Source of the DNA: an uncultured delta proteobacterium
GTDB lineage: Bacteria > Desulfobacterota > RBG-13-43-22
Assembly: GCA_963790475.1 (NCBI GenBank)
Contig: CAWBOS010000010.1
Span: forward strand, 1,536,001 to 1,600,000
DNA length: 64,000 nt
Direction of reading: 5' to 3'
How positions within the stretch are numbered: the stretch's first letter is position 1; each line of letters starts with the position of its first letter. The translations under genes and the position numbers were made by a program. Below, one piece after another: positions 49,924 through 59,944 of the stretch. The notes below the pieces were generated by a model, which worked only from the letters and a program-made list of their open reading frames with translations, was not told the origin of the DNA and did not search any database.

Positions 49924-50715
49924 TTATTGTTTTTTTAAGGTATACCCCCGGGCATCAAGGCAGGCACTGATCGCCCTAAGATAATCCCCGCTCTTTTGAA
50001 TTCTCTGAGCATCGGGGGCGTCCTCGGGTGGCGTTTGCGGATCAAAGCCTGCCTGATCAACAGCCCAGTCATGGCACTCGTCAAAATCCAGGGCCTGTTG
50101 CTCTTCACTCTGACCTTCTCGGGGGTAGATTAACATCCGGTTTTCCGATTCTTGGCTTGACAAGGGTGGCACCGGACTTCCCTCGACTGGAGGTGGATAA
50201 TATTCATCTGGAGGCAGTGGATAACCATAGTAAGGAGAGTAATAATATGGCCACAAGTTCCACCCTATGACTCCGCCGATAATCAATCCGGGCAAGAACC
50301 CTCTATGTCCACGAAATCCTCTATGTCTTCCATCCCGACGAAATCCATCATGTATTCCATCTCGACGAAACCCTCCAGGTATTCCATCCCTTCGGAACCC
50401 TCCAGATATTCCAGGCCTCCGAAACCCTCCGGATATTCCAGGCCCACGAAACCCTTCAGACCTTCCTGATCCACGAAAGCCTTCACGTCCTCCATCCCGA
50501 CGAAAGCCTTCATTTCTTCCGGATCCACGAAACCCTCCGGATATTCCAGGTCCACGAAACCCTTCAGACCTTCCAGGCCCGCGAGATCCTCCGGATATTC
50601 CATGCCCCCCAGATCCACGAGATCCTCTGGACCCACGGTCGGCCTCGGCCTGCTTAAGCGGCATGAATAGGGTCAACACAAAAAGGATGCTTAACAAACT
50701 AATGAGCTTTTTCAT
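49924..50715 (-). CDS. Secreted Gly/Arg-rich repeat protein
   Basis: Signal peptide; about a dozen 9-aa GFR(G/R)xGxxG units; C-terminal YPREGQSEEQQ..D..EC..WA...ACL.ARGY domain. Confidence 0.8.
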   Translation of the reverse strand: MKKLISLLSILFVLTLFMPLKQAEADRGSRGSRGSGGHGISGGSRGPGRSEGFRGPGISGGFRGSGRNEGFRRDGGREGFRGSGRSEGFRGPGISGGFRRPGISGGFRRDGIPGGFRRDGIHDGFRRDGRHRGFRGHRGFLPGLIIGGVIGWNLWPYYYSPYYGYPLPPDEYYPPPVEGSPVPPLSSQESENRMLIYPREGQSEEQQALDFDECHDWAVDQAGFDPQTPPEDAPDAQRIQKSGDYLRAISACLDARGYTLKKQ

Positions 50716-51080
50716 ACTCTCTCCCCGCCGGTTCGGAACAGGCAACCGCTTCAAACTGGTCTTTTTTACATAAGACTTTAAGGGGACTGAAAAGTTAAAG
50801 AATAACAAGCAAGACCATTTATACACTGGTTAACACCATGTTATATGGTAATACTTTTTAGCCCGTTATCAAGAGGGATCAAGTCTTAAAAGGAAAGGGG
50901 TAAAGTGGTAATCAGGACAGGCGGAGAAGAATCCTCTTTTTGCCTTCCCGGTATTTCTCCTTGACCCCACTTTTCCTTATATTATACTTCTTCCATCAAT
51001 AAACAAATTCTATCAATCATTCTCATCATTTTTTGCGACCTTCGCCCAACGGTGAAGGTGTCTTCAACTCAGGGGGAAAA

Positions 51081-51473
51081 ATGACCCTTCAAAATAGGCA
51101 TCGTCTTGCGGCATTATTAGCGATCATACCAGGGTTGCTTTCCATCAAGGAAGGCGGGAGCGTACTGCTCGGTCTCGTAACCAAGGACTATACTATTCTG
51201 CCCTGGCTCGTGTGGTACAATGTTGTCCTGGGATTCGCCTCAGTTATTATCGGTATTTGGTTGTGGAGGGAACGCAAGGGGAGCATCAAGATTGCAACAA
51301 CGATCCTTTCACTCCATGGCCTTGTCTTAATCATCCTCATCATTTTATTCTTTTTCAAGGCACCTGTGTCGTTAATCAGCATCACAGCGATGCTATTCAG
51401 GACAAGTATATGGATCGCAATCATTCTGTTATTGGGACTGAAGGGAAAAGAGCAAACCGGTAAGGCAAAGTAA
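51081..51473 (+). CDS. Four-TM membrane protein
   Basis: Hydrophobic segments; GGGGG RBS. Confidence 0.7.
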   Translation: MTLQNRHRLAALLAIIPGLLSIKEGGSVLLGLVTKDYTILPWLVWYNVVLGFASVIIGIWLWRERKGSIKIATTILSLHGLVLIILIILFFFKAPVSLISITAMLFRTSIWIAIILLLGLKGKEQTGKAK

Positions 51474-51630
51474 CCTGAGATCCCACTCAAACCCAAAACA
51501 CTTGAACTTAAGATCGACTCATCAGATTCCCAGCTTCCTTCTACCTGCCTTTAGGTTTAATTGACCAGTTCACCTATATGTTGTATACTATAATGGTTAG
51601 TAAAGGGTGTATTGGAGAGGAGGATATGAG

Positions 51631-52014
51631 ATGACGCTTCTGGAAGACTGGAAAAAGAAGACGGAAGAAGGCTTGAAGAAAATAAAGGAGAAAGCCGATG
51701 TCATTGCCTTCAACTTAGAGAAATTGGCGAAAATCGGCAAACGGAAGAGGGAGATCGTGAGGATCCAGAGGAGGACACGGAAACTCTACTTAGAAATCGG
51801 GGAGTACGTTTACGACGAGTGCACCATGGAAGAACCTCTTACCAACGAAGCACCTTTCCTGAAGGAGAGGGTCTCTTCGATAAGCCAGATGAAGGTGGAT
51901 ATACAGAAGATAGAGGCGGAGATAGAGGAGCTGCGGAGGATGCAGCCGCCCAAGACTGAAGAAAAAACCCAAAAGGAATTGGGTGAGGTTGATTCAAAAG
52001 ATATTCAAAGTTGA
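51631..52014 (+). CDS. Coiled-coil hypothetical protein
   Basis: GGAGGA RBS; LYLEIGEYVY motif. Confidence 0.7.
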   Translation: MTLLEDWKKKTEEGLKKIKEKADVIAFNLEKLAKIGKRKREIVRIQRRTRKLYLEIGEYVYDECTMEEPLTNEAPFLKERVSSISQMKVDIQKIEAEIEELRRMQPPKTEEKTQKELGEVDSKDIQS

Positions 52015-52176
52015 TCCCCTAATCTATCCCGGCAATAATCCATAACGATATCCACTTAAACATCCCCATTAAAGCTTTAATCCTTTAACTTCAATAATAA
52101 TTCAACAAACCCATCGCGCCCAACCCTACCGGATTAATTAAGGCTGAAGTCATTCGGACTAACTTTCAATTTTCTC

Positions 52177-52206
52177 TTGACACTGTACAAATGAACAGTA
52201 TATCAT
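52177..52206 (+). promoter_or_regulatory. lexA promoter with SOS box
   Basis: TTGACA (52177), CTGT-ACAAATGA-ACAG (52183-52198) and TATCAT (52201). Confidence 0.8.
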
Positions 52207-52212
52207 AAAACC

Positions 52213-52821
52213 ATGAATCCTCTTACAACCCGACAGAATGAGATCTTGACCTTAATCCGGGATTACCAGACCAAACATGGTTACCCTCCTTCTCTGCGGG
52301 AGTTGGCCAGCCACTTTAAGGTCTACCCGAATTCCATCCAAGACCACCTGAAGGCCCTGATCAAGAAAGGATATTTAAAACGCGAGCCCAACCGCTCTCG
52401 TGGGGTGAGTTTGACCCGATCTTCCGGCCAACTCCGGACCATCCCACTTTATGGGGCCATCTCAGCCGGAGGGCCGCTTTTGATCGAAGAGGAGGTGGAG
52501 GACTATGTCACCCTTCCCGAGAGATGGACCAAGGGAGAGGAGGTCTTCCTTCTCCGGGTTCGGGGGGTGAGCATGAGCCCCTTTATCCTTCCTGGAGACC
52601 AGGTAATCGTCCGCCGCCAGCAAAGGATTCCTGAAGGGGCGGTTGGGGTTTTTCGCTTGGATAATGAGGTTACCCTCAAACGTTACTACCCGCAAAAAGG
52701 TCAAGTAATGTTGAAGGGAGATAATCCGGAAATCAAGCCCCTGATCATAAAGAGGGAGGACCTACACACTTTTTCGATCCTGGGGAAAGTCATCGGGGTC
52801 TATCGCTCTTTAACCGCCTGA
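52213..52821 (+). CDS. lexA: LexA repressor
   Basis: LTTRQ..GYPPSLREL HTH; AG cleavage site; VRGVSM serine and VTLKR lysine. Confidence 0.92.
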   Translation: MNPLTTRQNEILTLIRDYQTKHGYPPSLRELASHFKVYPNSIQDHLKALIKKGYLKREPNRSRGVSLTRSSGQLRTIPLYGAISAGGPLLIEEEVEDYVTLPERWTKGEEVFLLRVRGVSMSPFILPGDQVIVRRQQRIPEGAVGVFRLDNEVTLKRYYPQKGQVMLKGDNPEIKPLIIKREDLHTFSILGKVIGVYRSLTA

Positions 52822-52837
52822 TCAAATAAGTATTACA

Positions 52838-54028
52838 ATGACTGCTCGCGGCTGGCTTATTGATCTATATGTCCGGGATGATATCATAATCCTCTGGTTC
52901 CAGCTCGAATCGGGAACCCTCCTTTGCCTGACCGATGCCTTCTCGTACTGCTTTTATGCAGAGGGGAGTCCAAGAAATATCCTGGCCCTTGAAAAAGACC
53001 TCTCGTACCTTATCCGCCGGACCGGCTGGACCAAACGGAGAGACTTTTGGACCGGGAAGCTGATCCAGGTCAGGGAACTGGAAGCCTTCTCGTTTAAGAA
53101 GCTATTTGACATCCAAAAGGTTCTCTCGCGAGCCACTGAAGGACTTAGCTTCTATAATATTGACCTGGCTGTGCCCCAGTATTATGCCTATCTAAAAGGC
53201 CTATTCCCCCTATGTAATTGTCAACTCAACTGGGAAGAGAAAAGGCTTCTCGGCTTTGAACTCCTGGACTCTCCCTGGGACCCGGATGCCGAGCTTCCCC
53301 CTTTCAAGACCATAGAACTTAGCCTCACCCAGGACCCCCAAATTCCGCTTGAGAGGGGCAACAGCCTGGAACTAATCCATGAGGGTAGGTCCTATGAACT
53401 TGGTGGATCGAACAAGGTTGAGCTTTTAGAAAAGTTGAACGGCTATCTGAAGGAGTCCGATCCCGATCTGATCGTCTCAAGAAAGGGAGATGACAGGATC
53501 CTGCCTATACTCTGGAACTGGGCTCAGAGGGAAAAGATACCCCTGGTCTTGGACCGGGACCCCCATCCCCCTTTGAGACAAAAAGTCGGTCAGTGGAGAT
53601 CTTATTTCAGCTATGGTCAGATTATTTATCAGAGTTCAACCTTCCCCCTTTACGGCCGGTTCCATATCGATCAAAGCAACTCCTTCTTTTACCGTGAAGC
53701 CGGGTTGCAGGGGCTCCTTTTTATCTCCCGGCTGACAAAGATCCCTGTCCAAACCCTGGCCAGGTCCTCTCCAGGGACCGCTATAACATCCATGCAGCTT
53801 GACCGGGCTATCAGCAAGGGAATCCTCATCCCCTGGAAGAAGGGAAGACCCGAAGACTTTAAAACCGCCTGGGACCTCTTGGTGGCTGATAAAGGGGGCC
53901 TGGTCTTTCAACCACCCATAGGGCTCAGGGAAAATGTCGCTGAAATTGATTTTGCATCGATGTATCCGAACATCATGCCAAGGAGATCTACGGTGACCTG
54001 GAACGCCTCAAAGCCGATGGCTTGGTGA
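52838..54028 (+). pseudogene. Family B DNA polymerase (PolB2-like), truncated after motif A
   Basis: DPDLI..GD, LYGRFHID, SPGTAITSMQ and DKGGLVFQP.IG..ENVAEIDFASMYPNIM, then an unrelated tail. Motifs B and C are absent. Confidence 0.82.
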
Positions 54029-54261
54029 CTGTGGCCAACGACACCGACGAAGGGAAAACCCGTATCAGCTTGGTCGATCCCGCAAGTACCGATGATGCTC
54101 TGGCCGATCTTCCCGACGATTTCAAGGAGGACGTCGCCGCGATCCTTGATGCCTACGGCAATCTTGACAACAACGCTCTGCTTAAAACTGTCTATGAAAA
54201 GTATCCCGCCTATGCAAAGAAAAGTAGAATCTGGAAGGGATCCATAAAGAATAAATTTTAA
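53980..54261 (+). pseudogene. C-terminal fragment of a wHTH (DUF4065-like) protein
   Basis: KEIYGDLERLKADGLV...LLKTVYEKYPAYAKKS begins at the PolB break. Confidence 0.5.
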
Positions 54262-54291
54262 AGTAGACCTTAATCGGAGTCAAAGATAAAA

Positions 54292-54450
54292 ATGATTATA
54301 GATACTCAAGTCATGAGAGAATTATCATCGATCATTCATGAAATATTGCTTCCCCTTCAAGCCCTCGCCAGTGATGCAGACAATTTGCTCCACGAAACGC
54401 AAGAGAGAAATCCCGACATGGAATTCATTCGGTCAGCCTCGAGAAGCATC
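54292..54450 (+). pseudogene. HisKA-like N-terminal fragment
   Basis: IIHEILLPLQAL; runs head-on into the broken lysin. Confidence 0.35.
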
Positions 54451-54797
54451 TTATCCCAAATAGGCTTTCCGTCCCTGGTGACCGCAAAGTCGAAGGCTCG
54501 GGCTTTGTCGTTATCCGGATCATGGTCCTCGATGTCAACGATATGCAGCGACTTCAAAGTCCAGGTGATTATTCTGTTTTCGGGATCGTGGATAGGAGGA
54601 AGCCCAACCAGCCAGCGATAATGGTTGACGATATAAAGGCTGTCCCGGCCCTGGGAGTACAGGGCAACCTGCTCCTTATAGGAACAGGCCACCCTGGTCA
54701 GACAATACCGTAAACCCGCCTCCTGCATCCGCCGATCCCACACTAAATATCTATCGTATAGCCTGGGAGCCATGTCCTTTGGATTTCGGGTACTCAT
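54357..54797 (-). pseudogene. M15-family peptidase endolysin, C-terminally truncated near 54450
   Basis: EQVALYSQGR...ITWTLKSLH...ARAFDF...KPIWD; the downstream zinc-ligand segment is missing. Confidence 0.7.
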
Positions 54798-55006
54798 TTG
54801 GGACCTACCAGTTGGATGATTTTAATCATAACATCCCCTCCAACAAGAAAAGCCGAAAGGACCTGAATCAGCAGGAGCCAAAATATTTTATCCATGAGTT
54901 TGTCAATTTTCGAGAACAAGACCTCGATGTTTCCCGTTAACCCATCGTGTAGCGGGCAGGTCACGTCTTTTGGTTGCGGCATTAGGGATGTCCCCTTTCC
55001 GGTCAT
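54794..55006 (-). CDS. Holin-like small membrane protein
   Basis: Coiled segment plus C-terminal TM; overlaps the lysin start. Confidence 0.5.
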   Translation of the reverse strand: MTGKGTSLMPQPKDVTCPLHDGLTGNIEVLFSKIDKLMDKIFWLLLIQVLSAFLVGGDVMIKIIQLVGPK

Positions 55007-55131
55007 TTAAATACAATCGTTAATCCTGGTTGTGAGATCCACCAGGCGGTCCCCAGAGAGGCGGAGACCGCCAGGATAGCAATTATGATCAGCCGGATAT
55101 TTTGACCAATCTTTTTCAGTGCCCGTCTCAA
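55003..55131 (-). CDS. 42-aa membrane peptide
   Basis: TTG start; RRALKKIGQNIRLIIIAILAVSASLGTAWWI; ATGA overlap with the next gene. Confidence 0.4.
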   Translation of the reverse strand: MRRALKKIGQNIRLIIIAILAVSASLGTAWWISQPGLTIVFK

Positions 55132-55140
55132 GTGGCAACC

Positions 55141-55383
55141 CTACTTAAAGACGGACGATGAATTGGCGCCAGAACTGGAACCGGAGTTTCCCCCCTTGGT
55201 AGCGGCGCTTGATGTGGGCACACAAACCAGTTTTCCTTCGGCATCCGGAGTGCAAACCATTCCAGAAGCAGCGGTCGCGTCGCCCCCGGAAGCCGTGCCC
55301 TGACCGCTGGCATTGACGCTACAGGCCTGTTGACAGGCCGCCATTAGACACAAAAGCACGAGTAAAAAGAGTTTTTTTAACAT
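55141..55383 (-). CDS. Small lipoprotein
   Basis: Lipobox LMAAC; located in the lysis cluster. Confidence 0.65.
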   Translation of the reverse strand: MLKKLFLLVLLCLMAACQQACSVNASGQGTASGGDATAASGMVCTPDAEGKLVCVPTSSAATKGGNSGSSSGANSSSVFK

Positions 55384-55399
55384 AGTTCTAATTCCTTTC

Positions 55400-55957
55400 T
55401 TAAATGAGTTTTAAAGATTCATTGAATACCCCCAAAAGGGGGACCATATCCGGCCTGGGGGCCTTCTCTCCGATCACGATGTGGCCACCATCCCGATAAC
55501 AGAGAAAGATGGATTCCGTGCAAAACAGGGCCCTCATGTCTGCCGAGACCAGCCCAATGGCATTTTTAAGCAGGCCAAGAAAATCATAGTGCCTTCCGGC
55601 CAGAGTCATGGCATAACAACCGATATCCAGCCTGGCGTAATCGTATTGGCCTCGTAACGGATACCAGTAGACTTGCCCGTCATAGGTGGCCAGATAATCT
55701 GAGAGCAATACTGGAAAAACCCCAGCCGATCGCGCGTCCAGTACCCAGCGGCGGTCTGTCTTACCCTCGTACTCCGGGAAACGCAGGACCATGTTGCCAT
55801 GGCTAAAAATGATTCGATCTCTTTGGGCAGACCGCAACAGGACGTATTTAGTCCATTCCTGTATGGTCCAACCAATGCAGGATTTGCCTATATATAAGAG
55901 GGAATCCCCGGTCTGCATCTGAGGTGCGCACTGCTGATAAATGGCTAAATTATTCAT
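55400..55957 (-). CDS. Permuted papain-like NlpC/P60 family protein
   Basis: TGD.LL, FSH, YDF and FCTE (His before Cys). Confidence 0.75.
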   Translation of the reverse strand: MNNLAIYQQCAPQMQTGDSLLYIGKSCIGWTIQEWTKYVLLRSAQRDRIIFSHGNMVLRFPEYEGKTDRRWVLDARSAGVFPVLLSDYLATYDGQVYWYPLRGQYDYARLDIGCYAMTLAGRHYDFLGLLKNAIGLVSADMRALFCTESIFLCYRDGGHIVIGEKAPRPDMVPLLGVFNESLKLI

Positions 55958-55987
55958 AGCTACCTTCTTTGGGTTGGCTTAAAATAA

Positions 55988-56030
55988 AAAAGGCGATAAT
56001 GGAGCACGCGAGCCTCCATTATCGCCTTTT
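55988..56030. terminator. Bidirectional terminator-like hairpin
   Basis: AAAAGGCGATAATGGAG-N9-CTCCATTATCGCCTTTT, a perfect 17-bp stem. Confidence 0.8.
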
Positions 56031-56075
56031 AGGTTTTCTATATTAAAATCTCAGGAACGGCCAGATTCCCGAAAT

Positions 56076-59000
56076 TTACTGTTTTCTATTTTTGTCCTTA
56101 ATTTGCTCCTTCTTGCTTGGTTTCAGGTTATTTCTGATATAGGTTCTCAGGCTGTCGCCGGTGATCATGGGTTCCACCCCGGCCAGACCATGGGACTTGA
56201 CCCGCTCGTTGTATCGCTTTACCTGGTCGATCATTCCAATCATATTATTTTTATCACGATCCGGTTCCGGTTGCAAATAAAACTTTAAAAACTGGCTTTC
56301 AATACTACTTCTCCGGTCCTTATAATCCCGCCATACTTCTTTTTCGGCCCGCTCAATATCCTTCATGCGCTGGATCCGGGCCGGGTTAAATGACAGAGAT
56401 TTCAGAAACGCATCTACAAAATTTTCTTTAATCTGTTCCCGCCCAAAGAAGACCGGGGCATTGGTCTTGGTCGTCACTCCCTCGGTGGCCTCCCGATATC
56501 CCTGCATAACCGTCCCGGCAACCCGGGGCAATATCTTCTCAGCTCCTTTCCAGGCATTACCTTTGATAATATCGGCCCCTCCCTGATAAACATCAGAAAG
56601 GACCGATCCGGGGGCCCCGAGCAGTTCGATCATATTGGTCGGTATATCGATCTTCCCAGTTCCCAGCGAGGCTCTGAAATCCAAGAGGTGTCCGCCCATC
56701 CCGGCCAGGCCCTGGCGCGGGATCCCGCCCACATAATCGTCCAGGGCCTTTTCCATGGAGGAATAAATTTTTTCTTCCGGGTCGTCTATCCCGAGAAGGT
56801 GCTTTAAAATCCCCATCAAGGCATCCCAGGCCCAGGGAATGGGAAAGGCGCCGGTGCCGGCCAGCAGGGTCGGGGCGGCCAGCATGAAGGTAGCGGCTTG
56901 CCAGTTTTTTTGTTTCCATCCCAGTTCATACATGGTCTGGAGATAGTTGTGTTGAAACTTTTTAAACATATAGAGGGATTTTACCACCATGGCCGCCGGT
57001 CCCTTCCCCTGAGCGATGGCCGGTATCGTGGCCGGACCATAAACACCATGGGCCCGGTCGGAAACCTTCTTGGCCGTTTCCATGGCCTTATTGACGGCGG
57101 CCTGTTCCACCAGGGACAAATCCCCCTGCTTTTGGGTTCCCCCTTCCCTCTCCCTGATGGCCGCAAAGGTACCCATGATGGTCGCCACCCGGTTTAATTG
57201 CTCCGTCACACTAAACATCCACATTGAGGCATCCATGGCCATATTCCAACCCTGGCCCACTTTGGACTTCAAAACGGCCATGGCCTCTTTGTTATATTGG
57301 GACTCGGCCCAACCCTTATGTTGGATGATCTTAAAGGCGGCCCGAGTCTCCGCCGGTAAAGTGGCCCAGGTCTCCGGGTGACGGTATTGTCTCCAAAGAT
57401 CGGCCCCTTTGCCCAGCCATTTAAAAGTGGACGGGAGCGAAATACCGGCATAGCCCTGCATGGCTGCCGGTACTGAGGTAATCAGGGCGGTCATGTTGAC
57501 GATTGGGGCGGCCACCCGGAATCCCAAATATTTAAAATTAGCCAGGCCCTTGGCTACACCCACCACCCGATCGGCCATTTCCGGATTGCGTAAAGCCTCC
57601 TGGATATAAGTCAGGCCGTCATGGTAGGCGTTTTTCTGTTCCGTAGGCGAGACCCGTTGCGAATTTACATACTTCATATAATCCTCGTACTCGGCCTCTT
57701 CGTTTTCCATCTTGAACTCCGCCCAACTTTTTTCAGTTCCATTAAAGGCCCGAATCATCTTTAAAGCAGTCTCTTTCTTGGCCTCACCGGCCGCCAGGCG
57801 GCTGGCATAGGAGGTCATGGCCTTCAAGGGATCCTGCTCGTATCCCTCCCAAACATTGACTCCCACCTCGGGGCTCCTCTGGATCATCGAGGATCGATAA
57901 CCACGGCCCTTTTCGATGTTGGCCACATTGGTGGTCAGGGCCCGGGCGAATTCTTCCTCGACGGCCAGGAGGCGGTTATCGTACCGGGAAAGGGCCCGCC
58001 TTAATTTATTTTCCAGGCGCTTATCCTTCCCGACAAAATGCCAGTATTTGGGCTCACCCTTCTCTGCCGAATACCACTTCCCGCCCAGGGCCTTAATGAT
58101 CGGCATGACCTTGGCCAACTGCTCTTGCGGCACCTTCTTGGTGTCAACGATAAAATCGGTTTTATCATCCGCCGATGTTCCCCACATGGCCTTGATGCCC
58201 ATATCGGAAAACTGGAAATTACTCTTGTTACCCACTTCCTGCAGGGACCGATTCAGGGCCTCGTTGATCATTTGTTCCGTGCCCAAAACTTTGCCGTAAA
58301 TGGCGAACAGATCCTCGGGTATGGACTTTGATTTAAAATATTCAACCCGGAAGCCCCGTTTTCGCAACTCGGCTACCCGATGCTCCACAAAAAAATCCTT
58401 AAACTCCAGCCGGTCATGTATTCCCTTGGCTTTCATTGCATCCGTGGCCCTGGCTATGATCTGGTATTGCCCGGATTCCCGCAGCCGGGGCCAGTACCAG
58501 CCCCGCATTTCGCCCATGAGGGCAATGGCGGCCTTGACCGATACCTCTTTAGGGTGTCCCTTTTCATCGAGAATTACAATGGTAGGAGCCGGGAGACCGG
58601 CTTCCGCATTTCTTCGGACCATCTCCTGGTAGGAGGCGATTTGCCGATCAAAACCGTTATCCATGATCGCCCGGGCATCGGCCCAGGCAGCTACGGCCTG
58701 ATCGGAAAACCCCATCTTCTTAATCAGGTCGGCATTATAGACCCGTTTATTTTGATCGGCCTTGACCAGTAATTTCCCCAGGCGCTTATATTCCTCCGGC
58801 CTTTCCTTTTGCAGAGCCCGCATTCCCTCATGGAGGTCCCGCCCATTCGGATCACTGATCAGGTCGTTGAATTTCCCTACCCGCAGATCGGCCCGATCCA
58901 GGTTATAGGTCACGACCTTTTTAAGGGCTGGGACTTTCTCAAAGGTGAATTCCGGGGATCCGAAGAATCGTCCCATAAGAGAAGTATCCGGCCGCCCGGG

Positions 59001-59246
59001 TTTTTGGGTCTTGCCCCAATTCTTGGCCATGTCCTTAATGGTGGCCATGGAATCGGAAAAAGAGGTTTTGTCAAAATCAGCAAGCTCGGTGTCAACCTTG
59101 GCTTGGTCGAGATCGGTGCGGGATTTGAGGGCCAAAAGGGGATCCTGCTGTTCCGCCACCCGGAAGGTTTGGGCATCGCCCGATCTAAACAAAGAAGCGC
59201 TGTTAGCGTAGAATAGCGAGGCTCCCGGAAACCTTCCGAATGTCAA
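56076..59246 (-). pseudogene. C-terminal part of a large phage internal-virion/polyvalent protein, probably 5'-truncated
   Basis: 1056-aa helical ORF with a hydrophobic C-terminal region (EQLNRVAT, YMFKKF, GAEKILP); no clear RBS or start; lies upstream of the lysis genes. Confidence 0.65.
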
Positions 59247-59437
59247 TGGCTTTGTGGTCCTTCCCCTCTAAATTTTGAAATGATGTTCTCTCCGTTTTTT
59301 TGTGCAGTAATTGTGTTCCAGACAAAAGAAGAACCCGGAAAAGATAACCTAATACAGATCTCTTCTCCGGGTTCTTTTTTAGAAAAAAACATAAAGTTAT
59401 CTACAAAAAAGGAAAATATCTTTCCCTTAGAGAAATA

Positions 59438-59484
59438 ACTGGCAGTCAAGAGGTCGACGGTTCGATCCCGTTCAGCTCCACCAA
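59438..59484 (+). repeat. attR core (duplicate of the tRNA-Ala 3' half)
   Basis: Identical to 201-247. Confidence 0.95.
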
Positions 59485-59492
59485 AGATATTT

Positions 59493-59536
59493 AAGGAGTT
59501 AGTCCCGCCATTCAAGGCGGGATTAACTCCTTTTTT
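59493..59536 (+). terminator. Original tRNA-Ala terminator
   Basis: AAGGAGTTAGTCCCGCC...GGCGGGATTAACTCCTTTTTT. Confidence 0.8.
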
Positions 59537-59915
59537 ATTGGACTGCTAGTGATCGCGCACTTGACTTAACAAACTCGGCGATCTCATCTGCTTTTAATGA
59601 TTCCTTGACCAAAAAGCAATCAGCCCCATATTGAAGGGCCGCTTGTCTGTATTCAGGCAAATCGTAACCGGTCAGGATGGCTATCTGAATGTTTGGAAAG
59701 TCCCTCTTTATCATTTGAGTCGATTGAAGGCCATTGATTCCGGGCAAACGGATATCCATAAAAATGAGATGGGGCGGACTTTCTTTGACTTTCTGTAAAG
59801 CCTCTTCGCCGGTTGCGGCCTCTTCAATGACTATCGAAGGGAAATTCTCAAAGAGATTCCGCTTAATGGCTTCCCGAAAGAGAGGATTGTCTTCAACCGG
59901 CAATACGTTCAGCAT
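59535..59915 (-). CDS. Single-domain response regulator
   Basis: VED, FMDIRLPG.NG, LT and LVK receiver motifs. Confidence 0.9.
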   Translation of the reverse strand: MLNVLPVEDNPLFREAIKRNLFENFPSIVIEEAATGEEALQKVKESPPHLIFMDIRLPGINGLQSTQMIKRDFPNIQIAILTGYDLPEYRQAALQYGADCFLVKESLKADEIAEFVKSSARSLAVQ

Positions 59916-59944
59916 AGATATTTCTCCCTTCTAGCCTTAGTGTC

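Larger units (their letters stand above)
201..59484. mobile_element. ~59 kb tRNA-Ala-integrated genomic island (composite of satellite-like backbone, defence cargo and prophage remnant)
   Basis: Perfect 47-bp direct repeat at both ends, with a tyrosine integrase beside the left copy. Confidence 0.92.

Noticed and set aside
50300-50640. CRISPR array
   Set aside because: These are degenerate in-frame 27-bp coding repeats with no unique spacers, and there are no cas genes.
50267-50773. Plus-strand Pro-rich ORF
   Set aside because: It is the antisense shadow of the Gly/Arg repeat gene, which has a signal peptide, RBS and paralog.
50716-50791. Riboswitch in the duplicated leader
   Set aside because: No known riboswitch consensus was recognised, and gene duplication explains the similarity.
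59438-59484. Second tRNA-Ala gene
   Set aside because: Only the 3' half is present; it is attR.
201-59484. Intact prophage or conjugative ICE
   Set aside because: No terminase, portal, capsid, relaxase or type IV secretion genes were recognised.
59243-59515. 90-aa ORF
   Set aside because: It is the antisense translation of the tRNA fragment (GGAERDRTVDLLTAS).
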